Source of the DNA: Eledone cirrhosa | Lineage: Eukaryota | Direction of reading: 5' to 3' | Assembly (NCBI GenBank): GCA_964016885.1 | Contig: OZ024752.1 | Location: 21,018,001-21,082,000 of the forward strand | DNA: 64,000 nt | Shown: positions 33,535-46,844 of the stretch, one piece after another | How the letters are laid out: the number at the start of each line of letters is the position of its first letter | Numbering within the stretch: the first letter of the stretch is position 1 | The notes under the pieces: model-generated | Database searches by the model: none | What the model was told of the DNA's origin: nothing | Seen by the model: only the letters and a program-made list of their open reading frames with translations | Made by a program: the position numbers and the translations under genes

Positions 33535-35385
33535 TAATACAGAATGGGGTCATACCAAATGACTGGCATAGCAGCAGCATCCTCAACTGTTACAAGAGTA
33601 AAGTAGACGCCCTGGGTAGAGGAAACTGTGGGGGTATTAAATTAGTTGACCAGGTCATGAAAGTCACAGAAAGAGTTATTACTCAACTGATTAGAGACCA
33701 AATTGATCTAGATGAAATGCAGTTTGGGTTTGTGCCTGGTAAAAGTACCACGGATGATCTTTTCTTTGTACAGCAATTGCAGGAGAAGTACCTAGCTAAC
33801 AGTAAACCCCTCTACTTAGCTTTTGTATACCTGGAGAAGGCCTTCGATAGAGTCCCACACACCTTAATCTGGTGGGCTCTTAGAAAACTAGGAGTGAAAG
33901 AATGGCTTGTGAGAGCTATACAAGCCATGTATAGAGGAACAGTCAGCAAGATTAGAATTAACGAAGAATATAGAGATGAATTTAATGAGGGTTCACCAGG
34001 GCTCCGTTCTTAGCCCCCTCCTGTTTATTATTGTCCTAGAGGCTATAACAGAGGGTTTTAAGACTGGCTGCCCATGGGAACTTCTATATACAGATGATCT
34101 AACTTTCATAGCTGAATCTATGGCTGAACTAGAGAGGAAGTTCCAAACATGGAAGCATGGCCTTGAATCAAAAGGCCTTAGATTTAACTTCTCTAAGACT
34201 AAGGTTCTAGTATGTAGAAAGGAGAATAGGGCACAGGTACCCTCTGGGAAATGGCCATGCTCAGTGTGTAAGAAAGGAGTAGGCAGAAACTCCATTCTAT
34301 GTCCCAAATGCAAACTATTGGTACATAAAATATGTAGTGGGATCAGAGGTAAGCTATCTAAGAATATAGATTTTATATGTGGCCGATGCTCAGGTGCATT
34401 AAATAGCAAGGACCCACTGGATGATATCTCCTGCAACTGCTCAGATGGTTCTATAGAAATAGTAGACACCTTCCGTTACCTGGGTGACAAAATCAGCAGT
34501 GGTGGAGGTTGCTCTGAAAGTGTAGTAGCCAGAGTTAGAACACGATGGAAAAAGTTCAGAGAGCTAATACCGCTGTTGGCCACAAGGGGGGTTCTCTCTA
34601 AAAATGAAAGGCAGACTGTATGATGCTTGTATACGAATGGCAATATTACATGGTAGTGAGACTTGGGCATTGTGTGCTGAAGACCTGCGTAGATTAGAAA
34701 GAAATGAAGCTTGCATGCTCTGATGGATGTGTAATAGTAATGTGCGCGAAAGACAAAGCATAAACGAATTAAGAGGGAGACTAAGCATAAGAGGTATGAA
34801 ATGTTGTGTTATCGAGAGGAGATTGCGTTGGTATAGACATGTGATGCGTATGGAGGACGCAGCTGTATAAAATATTGCAGGGCAATGTAAATTGATGGAA
34901 GCTGCGGAGTGGGTAGACCAAGAAAAACCTGGGACGGGGTGATAAAAACTGACCTTGCCCACCTACACCTCTCTAAGACAATGACATTGGATCGAGACCT
35001 TTGGCGCCATGCAGTTGTACAGAAGACCCAACTGCCATTGAATACAAACCTACAGTCAATAGGTACCTCTTAACTAAATGTACACCCCACCACCTCACCC
35101 TACCCACCCACCCCTCTCCGGTTCCGTCCACTGTGTCAATGACACAACAGTCTACACTGTAAGGTGGCCATGTAGGAGACATGGTGAAAAGACCCCCAGT
35201 CCACACTGTAAATGTGGTTAGTGTTAGGAAGGGCAGCCAGCTGTAAAAACACCTGCCAGAGACGCTTCCGTGCAAGCGATGCATGGTCTACCGACCATGC
35301 CCACATCAAATGGAACAAAACCATCTAACCCATGCTATCATGGAAGATAGATGTTAAACGACGATGATGATGATGATGATTGATG
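33535..35385 (+). mobile_element. RTE RT-PHD fragment, 5'-truncated
   Basis: ORFs 33657-34013 and 33976-34623; (GAT)n tail into (TA)n. Confidence 0.92.
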
Positions 35386-35421
35386 ATATATATATATGTA
35401 TATGAATATATATATATATGA

Positions 35422-35590
<169 letters not shown>

Positions 35591-36250
35591 GATTGGTGCT
35601 CTGAAATAGCGATGTATACATGAATGTATGTATAGTATATTTGACAATATACTGTATGTTTAATTAAAAACATTTAGAAGACCATACGCTATCATTTTTA
35701 AAGTAGTGACTATGTCACTTACTTCTTTTCGGCGTAAGAAGGGAGAGAAGTTGATAGTCTGTTTCACGCTGGTTGGCGTTCATCTTGCTTGAGGCAAGAT
35801 CTCTTACTGATCGAACCCGACTCTGCCTTTGAAGGGTCTTCAGATATATTTTGTGTATTCAAACATCTCAGCTATTCTTTATTTGTAGTACATATTAGCA
35901 TCCTGTTATTTTGGCCTTTTCATTGGTTCGGTAATCCCATCATTACCATCTTTCTGTCCACTTTCGTTCATCCATTGGTGGTCAAAAGGCCGTATTCATT
36001 CATGCGTCACCTGTCAGCCCCCAAAGTTGGTCACCAGTTACTACTACTTCACACCACCGATTTCCCACATATACATATACACGCTCTCACCCACACACAC
36101 AGAGAGACACACACACATATATATATATACGCACACATACATAAAGAGATATACATATATATATATATCTACACACACACACCCATATATATATATACAC
36201 ATACATATACATACATACTTAAACACACATATATATAGAGACATGCACAC

Positions 36251-36292
<42 letters not shown>

Positions 36293-36329
36293 TAGCCAAA
36301 TTACATGTGCCTTGCTGCGATGATGATTC

Positions 36330-36870
36330 ATTTTAAATCAGTGATATAATTTATGGAGAAAAGGTAAAGGGAAAATGTTAAAAAAGTAGAGGGATTAACT
36401 AATAATTTTTGTTCTAGTGATGTTGCCATAGATAAAATGTCTAAATCAGCCAAATTTTACTATAAAAGAGAGGTGCTTTTTTTGTTGATTTACGTTTAAT
36501 TAATAAAAAAAAACCCGTGATAATAGAGGTTCCAATACTCAAGTATGGGCTTCGATAAATTTTCACTATAGGGGGTTTAACCCCCATTAGGGTGTCTTAA
36601 TATTATTGAAATTTGCTGAAATTTTGTGAATAGGCATCGTATCTTGTCATGTACCTATGGTTTAAAATTCATATAAATCGAAAGGAAAAATCTTTCAGCG
36701 GGGGTTTGTGCCCCCAAGAACCCTTTGATTAAAATGAAATACACTTATCCAAGTACCCTGCGCAATGTGTTTCGGAATATATATGGTTATGGGGGTCTAT
36801 CTCCAAAACCATAGGAGGAGTTTGTGAACAAACAAACAAACACACAGGAACTACACCTTTATATATATAT
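36330..36870 (-). mobile_element. Possible non-autonomous Helitron-type (Lep1/HINE-like) fragment
   Basis: End reads tatatataaaggtgtagttcctgtgtgtttgtttgtttg on the - strand, with (GTTT)n near an AT-rich terminus; resemblance only. Confidence 0.35.
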
Positions 36871-36905
36871 GTATATATATAAAGAATGAATAATAACAGG
36901 TAGAC

Positions 36906-36952
<47 letters not shown>

Positions 36953-37014
36953 TATAGATATACACATATAAGCACACACATATATACCCCCCCCCCCCCA
37001 TATATATATATATA

Positions 37015-39605
37015 TTACTTGATGCTTTCGACAGTAAGGAAGAGCATTTAGAGTCGGACAATATAGAGGGACAGTGGGAATTTCTGAAAGCAAACCTGCT
37101 GATGGCGACAGACGAAGTCTGTGGCTGGAGCAGGCCTGTAGGCAGGAGGAGAGTAACATGGTGGTGGAACAGTAAGGTGGAGGGGTCAATTAAGGCCAAA
37201 AAGCAGGCTTGGAAAGTATGGCGGGATGGGGGAAGTAGAGAAGACTATCAAGTGGCCAGGAGGGAAGCTAGGAGACAAGTGTACTTCGCAAGAAGGGAAG
37301 CAGAGGAAAGAAAGTTCAAGCATGTTCTACAACGCGAGGACCAAAAACGTGAGGTGTTCAGGATTGCTAGGCAATGTGTCAAGGAAAACCGTGATATTGT
37401 CGGGGAGAAGTGTGTACTTAATGATGACGGCGTACTTGCCATCACCGACACTGATAAGAAGGTAGCTTGGAAGTGTCACTATGAAAGGCTACTAAATGAG
37501 GAGAATAAATGGGAGAAAGACAGTCTCCCCCACATCGACCCAATAGAGGGACCAGCAGTGTTAGTCGAGGGTAGTATAATATGTAAGGCAATCAAGGATA
37601 TGAAGACGGGTAAGGCGGCTGGGCCTTCGGAAATAGTTGCTGAGATGCTGAAGGCATCTGGCACGGTGGGACACACCATGGTCACCCGGATAGTTAACCA
37701 AGTCGTACAGAATGGGGTTGTTCCGAAGGACTGGCATAGCAGCATCATCGTTAACTGTTATAAGGGTAAAGGAGATGCCCTAGATAGGAGTAACTATAGA
37801 GGCATTAAATTAATCGACCAGGTCATGAAGGTCACGGAAAAAGTAATAGCGCAACTAATCAGAGAGAGAATTGACCTAGATGAAATGCAGTTTGGGTTTG
37901 TGTCAGGCAAAAGTACCACAGACGCTCTTTTCATTGTACGACAACTACAGGAGAAGTACCTAGCTAAAGGTAAACCCCTCTACTTAGCTTTTGTCGACTT
38001 GGAGAAAGCCTTCGACAGAGTCCCCCGTTCCATTATCTGGTGGGCCCTTAGAAAACTAGGTGTCGACGAATGGCTTGTGAGAGCTATACAAGCCATGTAT
38101 AAAGAAACAGTCAGCAAGGTTAGAATTAACAACGAATATAGTGAAGAGTTTAGCGTAAAAGTTGACGTCCATCAGGGCTCTGTTCTCAGCCCCCTACTAT
38201 TTATTATTGCCCTTCAGGCTATAACAGAGGAGTTCAAGACCGGCTGCCCATGGGAACTCCTATACGCAGACGACCTGACACTCATAGCTGAATCAATGGC
38301 CGAGCTAGAGAAGGAATTCCAAACATGGAAGCACGGCCTAGAATCAAAAGGCCTTAAAATTAACCTGGCTAAGACTAAAGTTATAGTTTGTAGGAAAGAA
38401 AATAAGGCGGCGGTCCCTTCCGGGAAATGGCCATGCTCAGTGTGTAGGAAAGGCGTAGGTAGAAACTCCATTTTATGTCCCAAATGCAAAGTATGGGTGC
38501 ATAAAAGATGTAGTGGGATCACAGGTAAGCTAACTAAGAACATAGATTTTACATGTGGCCGGTGCTCTGGTGCAATAAGTAGCAGCAAGTGCCCACAAAA
38601 TACTAGCTCTTACAACTGCGCAGAGGGCTCTATAGAAATAGTGGACAGCTTCCGTTACCTGGGTGACAAAATCAGCAGTGGGGGAGGGTGCTCTGAAAGT
38701 ACAGTAGCTAGAGTCAGAACTGGATGGAAAAAGTTCAGAGAGCTTATACCACTATTAGCCGCTAAAGGGTTCTCCCTAAAAATGAAAGGCAGGTTGTATG
38801 ATGCCTGCATACGAACAGCAATGCTGCATGGCAGTGAAACCTGGGCATTGTGTGCAGAGGATATACGCAGACTAGAGAGGAACGAAGCTTGCATGCTCCG
38901 CTGGATGTGTAATAGTAATATACGTGAACGGCAAGGCATAAACGAACTAAGGAAAAAATTAGAAATAAGAGGGATCGGATGTTGTTTACTCGAGAGAAGG
39001 CTACGTTGGTATGGACACGTGATGCGCATGAAAGTCGATAGCTGTATAACAAAGTGCAGGGCAATAAAGATAGACGGTAGCCACGGAATAGGCAGACCTA
39101 GAAAAACCTGGGACGAGCTGATAAACTCCGACCTCACACACTTACACCTCGCCAAGACAATGTCACTGGACCGAGACCTTTGGCGGTACTCAGTAATAGA
39201 GAAGACCCGCCTCACCTAAATACATAGTAAAACCTACTACAGCCAGTAGGCATCTCTAACAAAATACACCCCGTCCCACCACCCCACCCCATCCACACCA
39301 CCCCCTTCTATGTAAAGTTATGTTGGTGCCACACCATCCAGGCCGAAACAAATGAGATCGTGTAGGTGTCACGACAAAAAAACACACAGTCCACGCTGTA
39401 ATGTGGCCGTGTAGGCAACACGGTAAAAACCTCCCAGACCCACACTGTAAATGTGGTTGGTGTTAGGAAGGGCATCCAACTGTAGAAAACCTGCCAGACA
39501 GTCCTATGCGAGCAAGACTCTTGCCTCAAGTGGGAATACCCCCGTCCAAACCCATGCAAGCGTGGAATACGGACGTTAAACGTTGATGATGATGATGATG
39601 ATGAT
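37015..39605 (+). mobile_element. RTE RT-PHD LINE, 5'-truncated, youngest-looking copy
   Basis: Uninterrupted 705-aa ORF, full 3' UTR and (GAT)n tail. Confidence 0.95.
37102..39219 (+). CDS. RTE reverse transcriptase with embedded PHD finger (APE domain lost by truncation)
   Basis: [39 protein letters not shown]4HC3 at 38434-38565, FRYLG. Confidence 0.85.
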   Translation: MATDEVCGWSRPVGRRRVTWWWNSKVEGSIKAKKQAWKVWRDGGSREDYQVARREARRQVYFARREAEERKFKHVLQREDQKREVFRIARQCVKENRDIVGEKCVLNDDGVLAITDTDKKVAWKCHYERLLNEENKWEKDSLPHIDPIEGPAVLVEGSIICKAIKDMKTGKAAGPSEIVAEMLKASGTVGHTMVTRIVNQVVQNGVVPKDWHSSIIVNCYKGKGDALDRSNYRGIKLIDQVMKVTEKVIAQLIRERIDLDEMQFGFVSGKSTTDALFIVRQLQEKYLAKGKPLYLAFVDLEKAFDRVPRSIIWWALRKLGVDEWLVRAIQAMYKETVSKVRINNEYSEEFSVKVDVHQGSVLSPLLFIIALQAITEEFKTGCPWELLYADDLTLIAESMAELEKEFQTWKHGLESKGLKINLAKTKVIVCRKENKAAVPSGKWPCSVCRKGVGRNSILCPKCKVWVHKRCSGITGKLTKNIDFTCGRCSGAISSSKCPQNTSSYNCAEGSIEIVDSFRYLGDKISSGGGCSESTVARVRTGWKKFRELIPLLAAKGFSLKMKGRLYDACIRTAMLHGSETWALCAEDIRRLERNEACMLRWMCNSNIRERQGINELRKKLEIRGIGCCLLERRLRWYGHVMRMKVDSCITKCRAIKIDGSHGIGRPRKTWDELINSDLTHLHLAKTMSLDRDLWRYSVIEKTRLT

Positions 39606-39682
39606 ACATACATACACACACACTTACACACATACATATATATATATATATACATATACACATATATATGTATATATGTATA

Positions 39683-40419
39683 CAGGGTGCGGACGATATT
39701 TGTTCGCAAGATTACTGTCTAGGAAAAAGTAACAGTAGTTTTATTTTTTAAGATATATTTATCAAACTTGGGTCAGTATCGTCTTTCATATTGCAACTAG
39801 ATCTGTTGGTGTCTCGTTCCACTGCGCCCCACACAAAGAAGTCGAGGGGGTTGCAGTCAGGCGAGCTGGGAGGCCAGATGTCAGGTAAAGTGTGGTCGAC
39901 GAAGTTCTCTGACAGCCAGGCTTGGGTCTTTCGGCTGGTATGGCAGGGCGCTGAGTCTTGCTGCCACACGTACGGCCTACCTGCAGCTACTTGGTCGATC
40001 CAGGGCTTTACTACCTCGCTCAGAACGCGGATGTAGCCATCGGTGTTCAGCTTGAGGCCCTTAGGGAAGAAGTGAGGTGGCATGATGTCACCTTGACTGC
40101 TGACGACACCTAAGACCAATGTTATCGCTCGAAACTTTGTCTACATGACTCTGGGCACGTCTTTGGATGAGAAAGCGAGCCACCTGTTGTTCTGGGATTT
40201 GATCTTCTTGTCTTATTTGTCCTCCCGGCGCGGATTCCAAGACGAACTCCGTGTCTCTTCCACAAATTTGGAGATTCAAAATTATTCATAATCAATTATT
40301 CTGAAAATAAATAATGGAAATATAGTCATTGTTTTTATGAAGACATGAGTGACAACGGAAGTAAAAAAAATTTGCATAATATTATCAGTTGAAAATTGCG
40401 AACAAATATCGTCCGCACC

Positions 40420-40422
<3 letters not shown>
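39683..40422 (-). mobile_element. Tc1/mariner DD37D (maT-type) transposon, internally deleted
   Basis: Perfect 27-bp TIRs cagggtgcggacgatatttgttcgcaa, TA flanks; ORF 39748-40119 WQQD-x37-D (SPDCNPLD). Confidence 0.93.
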
Positions 40423-40479
<57 letters not shown>

Positions 40480-40549
40480 TCATACATACATGCACATACT
40501 CATACACATACACATACGTATGCACTCAACTGTCTCTATGAGTATAAAG

Positions 40550-42400
40550 GTGGTACCGCAAATATTCAAAACATAAGGCGAAAAATAAAGTAAAGTAAGT
40601 AAAATAGAATAAAATATAGGTAATGATATAATGTCATATCCTATATATGTATGTCGTTCCCCTTGCTCGGGTCCGTACTTGCGAACGGAATGAATAATCA
40701 AAAATTAAAATCAGAAAACCAAAAAAACATGGGTATCTGGAACAATACTCTTTCGTTTTATCAATAAACGAATAAAACGTTGCTAACGGCGACAGGTACA
40801 CAAACAAACTAGATTCAACTTTCAGGGTGACATGCTTCAGAGAATATAATCTAATATTCATATTACTACATATTCTCATATATTCTTGTATTATGTGGTC
40901 CCCAATCCGGAGTGTGATTTGGCAGACAGACACGTCCTGAGGACGTTCCTCCATAGGCCTCACTCTATAATTCACCGGAAATTCCAGTGCAGAAAATGTG
41001 CAGTTCTGTTGATGCCTGCATGTCATAATGACTTCGGATTTCAGGTTGACCGTTTATCCTTTAATCTGACTATCTCCATGGCTTCTGTCAGACATAGTCT
41101 GCACTGTCTATCACCGGCGGAGTATGCATCTGCATACTAAATTACACTCCAGTTTAGTTCGTATGCTGTGCCACTATCTTTCAAGCCCCTGATTAAGTCC
41201 GCCAGTCTAGTGGAGTGCCTCTTAGCCCGGTCCTTGAAAGAATTTGTATGGTTGTACATCCTCGACTTAAAGGTCGTGGATGTTTTACCGATGTAGATGT
41301 GCTTTGTGTTGTGCATGTCAACCACACATTTATACACAATGCTTTTCATTAGACAGTTCCAGTGGGCATTGTGTACTACTGCGTCAGTTACAGGTTGGGG
41401 TTTGATGTTGCCTGGTATTTACGTAGGGATGGGATCTTGTTTCGGCACGCACCTCACCTCTCCGTGGCAATCCGCGGGCGTAGTGGACTCCACGTTCAAG
41501 GTTGGCGTCGCCTTGTTGTCAAGGTCCCGGCACACTGCGGGTCAATTGTCAGTGGGGTCTGTGCTGCAAGTGTTAGTCGTGCTCCTAAGTATTCTCCCAG
41601 GCACTCAAAAAATACCACTCACCTGTTTTTGGCGACGTCTAAAATTTCTCATCTTCACTGAGTTGGTTTTGGCTATATAGTCGCCCATGTTGGGTGCGGT
41701 AGAAAATGAGAACTTCACTGTGTGGGGATTGAAAGCCTATGGTACCTGTGTGCAGCTGGGAAACGCTCATCTAGTGCCCTGAAAAAAATGCTGGGTATGT
41801 TGGTGCGCACGTGTTTCGAGTACGGTGTATTGAATCATGTAATGTTTCTAGATCTAGTCCTATTGTGTCGTCCATGTGTAGTGGGTATAGGATCATGTTG
41901 TTTACCCGTGTCATGCTTATCTGCTCCTTCCAGCCCCGTGTTCTTGCTATTTCTAGATCTACCGTATATGTCTGATTTACTGTGTTCACTTTCTAAATTA
42001 TGCTGCGTAGTAGAGTTAATGGCCCTATATCCATTCCTGTTAGTATTGTCTGATTGCGCTGCTAGTGCTATAACTTTGTCACTGACCCATGTGGTCTCAC
42101 TAGGTAGTTCCACATTTTGTGTTGCCTGTATACTACCCCTATCGCTATCTCTCCTAACCCTCGGTGTGCTGGTGGGGAGCTTCTGTTTCCGTGTGTTATG
42201 CGCCCTAGAGTCTCCCCGCTTCGGAATCTGTCTGACTGTCATGCTATTATCCCTGTCTATTTTCCGGGGTTTACTATTTCGCGTTAGTTCGCAGTTATTG
42301 TGTCTGTCTCTAACTATGTTATTGCTACCCCTCTAGCTGAGTTTCCTGCAGCTAGGCCCGCCCTTGTCCGGAGTATATACTATGGCTTCTGTATAACACT
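40550..42400 (-). mobile_element. Penelope-like element (Naiad-type) 3' portion, decayed, with UGA at a conserved Cys
   Basis: Low-complexity linker, FSFST.PN, CN*RSSTQCPL, SIVYKC..IYIGKTSTTFKSRMYNH, CRLCLTEA, CRH. Confidence 0.88.
40906..40979 (-). promoter_or_regulatory. SECIS-like stem-loop (type II geometry; 3' GA of the core reads AA)
   Basis: - strand tccggtg..GTGA-N12-AA-cgtcc tca ggacg-tgtctgtctgcc-AA..cactccgga. Confidence 0.45.
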
Positions 42401-45400
42401 GATTCCTAGTTCTTTATAATATTATACTCTGCTCTGAGTGAGTATCGAGTGCTCAACTGGCATACCGCCTACGGACGCATTTACCTACAACAGCTATATT
42501 CATATATATATATATATATATATATGATGGCTGCCCCCTCGTTATCGAGTATGGCCATTGCACGTGGAGAAAGGAAAAAAAAAAAGAAATATATATATAT
42601 ACATATACATACACACACACACACTCACACACACATATACACACACACATACATTAATAACAATAATAATAATAATAACAATAACAACAATAATAATAAC
42701 GACAACAACAATAATAATATACACATACATATATATATACACACACGCGCACACACATAAGCATATCTACACACACACACACACACACACGATAGCAACT
42801 AACAGCGCTGCGATCGAATGTGGCTTTTTAGCCCAGCCAATGATCTAAAATGTCTTGCACAGAGTCGGCAACCAAAACATTTACTGGGAATAGTCGGCTG
42901 TGGTTGGAGTTCGTGTACTTTTGCATGTCGCTTGAGCCCTCCTGCTGATTTACATTCTCTACCACATGTTTGGCAAGCATGATGAGTAGCATCTCCAACA
43001 GTAGCCTGGTAGTCAACCACTGGTCTTACTTTATGACTGCGAAGATGACTTTCGAGTCCAGCTTTGCTTAGGCAGAGTCTCGCACATACGCTGCATGTCA
43101 GCACCATAGGAGGACCCTCGCCGTCTGGAAGTGCAACAGCAATGCCCTTCCTCACATCCCGCTTTACTTTCTCGTATGCGATTCGAGATGCCTCAAAGGC
43201 AAATTTTCCCTCATATACAGTCTTTCTCCATTTATTACGATCAGCAGCAATATTCTCCCATCTATCAGCAGAGATGTTAGCGTCTTTCAGAGAGGCTTTC
43301 AAGGAATCCTTATACCTCTTTTTTGGTTTATGTGGCGGTCGTTTTCCTTTAACCAACTCTCCATAAAAGAGTTGTTTTGGTATTCTAGAATCCTTCATCC
43401 TGGCAAGGTGACCACTCCAACGGAGTCATTGGTTAAGCACAAGAGCTTCTATACTGTCACACATAGAGCTTTCCAAAATCTCGACATCACTGATGTGGTC
43501 CCTCCAGTGAACGCCATGGATCCGTCTGAGACACATCTGATGGAAACGCTCCAATTGCTTAAGGTGGTGTCGATATGTGACCCAGGTCTCGCAGGCATAA
43601 AGAAGACAAGAGAGCACACATGCCCTGTACACCTTTACCTTTGTCCTCCTGCATATGTCTCGCCGACCCCAGAGTCGCCTTTCTAGCTTTCCGAAAGCAT
43701 CACTTGCTTTCCTAATCCTAAGTGAGATTTCAAGGTTGCCGTATCGATTAACAAACTGATCAACCACTCCAAGTCGTTTGCCATACACATAGATGTTTGG
43801 TTCAGTGTACTGCTTACCAGGGGCAGGTTGGTACATGACGACGGTTTTCTTGAGACTGACAGTCAGACCTAGGGCAGTGCAAGCGTCAGAAAATGCATTC
43901 AAAATGTGCTGCATATCACTCTCTGTGTGCGCTACAAGATCGCAATCATCTGTATACAAGAGGTCTCTTATGATTGATGTAAATACTTTTGTCTTCGCAG
44001 CAAAGTGCCTGATGTGAAATATGCTGCCTGAGGTTCGATATCGGATGTAAACACCATGCTCGCAATTCCTGAATGCAATACAGAAAACCATTGCAAAGTA
44101 TATGGCAAACAGGGTCGGTGCTGGAATATCCTCCATTTTTTACTGAGATAGGCTCCGACATGTTACCCCCGACATTAACCCAAGCCTTCATGTCGTCATG
44201 GAAAGACCTAACTAAAGCAAGGAACTTATCAGGGCAATCAAGTTTCTGGAGAACCTTCCATAATGCATCTCTGTTAACAGTATCGAAAGCTTTTGTCAGA
44301 TCGACAAAATCCTGATACAGATCCAAGCCTTATTCCATGCACTTCTCCTGGAGCTGTCTAGCTGAGAAGATCATATCAGTAGTGCCGCGTCCAGCACGAA
44401 AACCAGATTGACTTTCAGGAAGAGCACAATCTGCAATGTGTGTCAGCAGACGGTCCAGAAGCACCCTACATAAAACTTTCCCTACGACAGAAAGCAATGA
44501 TATACCTCTGTTGTTCCCACAATCGTTCCTGTTACCCTTTCCCTTGTACAAGACCACCATTACTGCATCTCTCCAGTCCTCAGGTACGGATTCATTAGCC
44601 CATATCCTGCCAAACAAAGAGTGAAGATGTTGCAGGAGTCTCTCACCACCATATTGTAGGAGCTCAGCATGTATGCCATCCATACCTGGAGATCTTCCAC
44701 TGTTCAGCTTCGAAATAGCCACTGCAACCTCCACAAGCGTCGGAGGTTCTGCGAGAGCTACTTTCACAGGACTTTCTGGAATGAGATTGAGGAAATATTC
44801 ACTGACGACAGACGGCTGATCCAAAAGATCATCAAAGTGCTCTCGCCACCTTCGTAGAATTCCTTGTGAGTCACGAAGAAGTTCTTTGCCATCCTTGCTG
44901 CGAAGCGGTGTCACCAGAGAAGAAGATGGTCCATAAACCTCACGCAAGAGACTGTACAACAGCTTTGTGTTATTGGAATCAGACGCAGTTTGTATCTCAC
45001 CAGCCTTCTCACTCCATCACTGATCCTTCATCTGAGAAAGACTCGGCCTAACACGTGATTTTACATCCTTGAGTTCCTCATGCAACGTATTGCTCTCCTG
45101 TGGTTTTGCCGTCAAGTAGCGTGACAGAGCACGCCTCTTATCAGCCAACAAGTCTTCTATATGTACATCATTCTCATCAAACCAGTCCTGATGTTTCCTC
45201 TGCGCCAATCCCAGGACACGCCTGCCTACATCATAAACCGACTTTTTAAGGGTCACCCACTCCTCACCAAGATTTGCAGCCTGCATCTCTTCTTCCAATG
45301 TCCTCTTCACATTTTTATCCTTAAGACGAGCAGCATTCAATCTTTTGGGCAGGGCAACACCAGGAGCCCGGATTTTACGTTTAGTGATTAGTTTCACTTT

Positions 45401-46375
45401 TGCGCGTACCAAGCGGTGGTCCGTCCAGCACTCAGCTCCATGAAGAACACGAACACACTGCACATCCTGTCTGTCACGCATCCTGACTAGGACGTAGTCC
45501 AAAAGATGCCATTCCTTAGATGCAGGATGCATCCATGTGGTCTTGAATTTGTTCTTTTGTTGGAACATGGTGTTGGTAACACACAGATCCAGCTCCTCAC
45601 ACATCTGCAGCAGGAGCATACCATTGCTGTTACACTCCCCCCCCCCCCCCCACCATGCCTTCCGATTACATTCCATGTGTTAAAATCACAACCCACTCTA
45701 GCATTAAAGTCACCAAGCACGATGACTTTGTCTGCCTGAGGGATATTTCTTAAAACACCTTTCAAGGCATGGTAAAAGGACACCTTTTCCTCATCGACAG
45801 AACTCATAGTTGGAGCATACACACTCACCAGGGTAGCATATCTTCCCTTGTCCAGCGGAACTCTCATGGACATAAGACGCTCACTAATCCCTACTGGGAA
45901 TTCCTCTAATTTGTTCACAAGCACAGTCTTAACAGCAAATCCTACCCCAGCCTCTCTTCTGGTTCCTTCATCTCTTCCTTTCCAGAAGAATGTATATTCT
46001 CCACAAAATTCCGTAAGATGACCATCTCCAGCTAGCCTCGTCTCAGATAAAGCCACGATGTCAAGATCGTAACGCTGAAGCTCCTTTGCAACAAGAGCGG
46101 TCCTTCGTTCAGGACACCCCAAGGAATCCCTGTCAAGCAGCGTTCGTACGTTCCAGCAGCCAAGGCTAAATGCATTGTTTGGCTCTATTACAATGGCACG
46201 ATGACGAGCGGGCCCAGGCTGTGATAACCTGGGACCCCTGCCCTTAATGCCAATGATCTTTTTTGTTCCAGAACCTAAATTGCCAATTATCTCTTTTATA
46301 TTGTTCTGGAACATTATTGAATTGGAAAAAAAAAAAAAAAAGTAATAATAATAGTAATAATAATAATAATAATAA

Positions 46376-46660
46376 TCGATACCAGGACCTAAAGTGGGAG
46401 GTGAAAAGGATTTGGAACTGCCATGAAGTCAAAGTGATCCCGATTGTCATAGGCGCACTGGGGACTATCTCCAAAAGTTTCCAGGGAAGGTTAAAGAAAA
46501 TCGGCCCCTTCACGCTTTTTGGAACGCTTCAAAAGGCATGCTTGCTTGGAACAGCAAGAACCCTCCGATACGTCCTGAATATCTGAGGCTGCAGGTAGTG
46601 GCTTGATATTCATTCCAACGGACTTTCCAGTTAACCAACATCAATGACTGAGATTCAAGG
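46376..46660 (+). mobile_element. R4/Dong-like element 3' end in (AAT)n
   Basis: RYQDLKWEVKRIW..VIPIVIGALG..LQKACLLGTARTLRYVL, an R4-clade RLE C-terminus; (AAT)n on both sides. Confidence 0.85.
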
Positions 46661-46669
46661 AATAACAAC

Positions 46670-46734
<65 letters not shown>

Positions 46735-46735
<1 letters not shown>

Positions 46736-46819
46736 CATGGCGGACCTTGTTGTCTCTTGAGGTCACTGGTTGTGACTTGGTGATAACTCGTATAAACATA
46801 AAGCAAGATAAATGCAAAT
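46735..46819 (+). mobile_element. Second short R4/Dong-like 3' UTR fragment
   Basis: tgaggtcactggttgtgacttg resembles tgaggctgcaggtagtggcttg at 46584; flanked by (AAT)n. Confidence 0.5.
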
Positions 46820-46844
46820 AATAATAATAATAATAATAATAATG

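Noticed and set aside
35750-35795. - strand GATGA-acgc/gcgt-GAAAC motif
   Set aside because: Core start is altered and no stem I or palindromic stem III is present.
40815-40842. - strand CTGAAGC..GAAAG downstream of the Naiad
   Set aside because: No stem II pairing; core mismatch.
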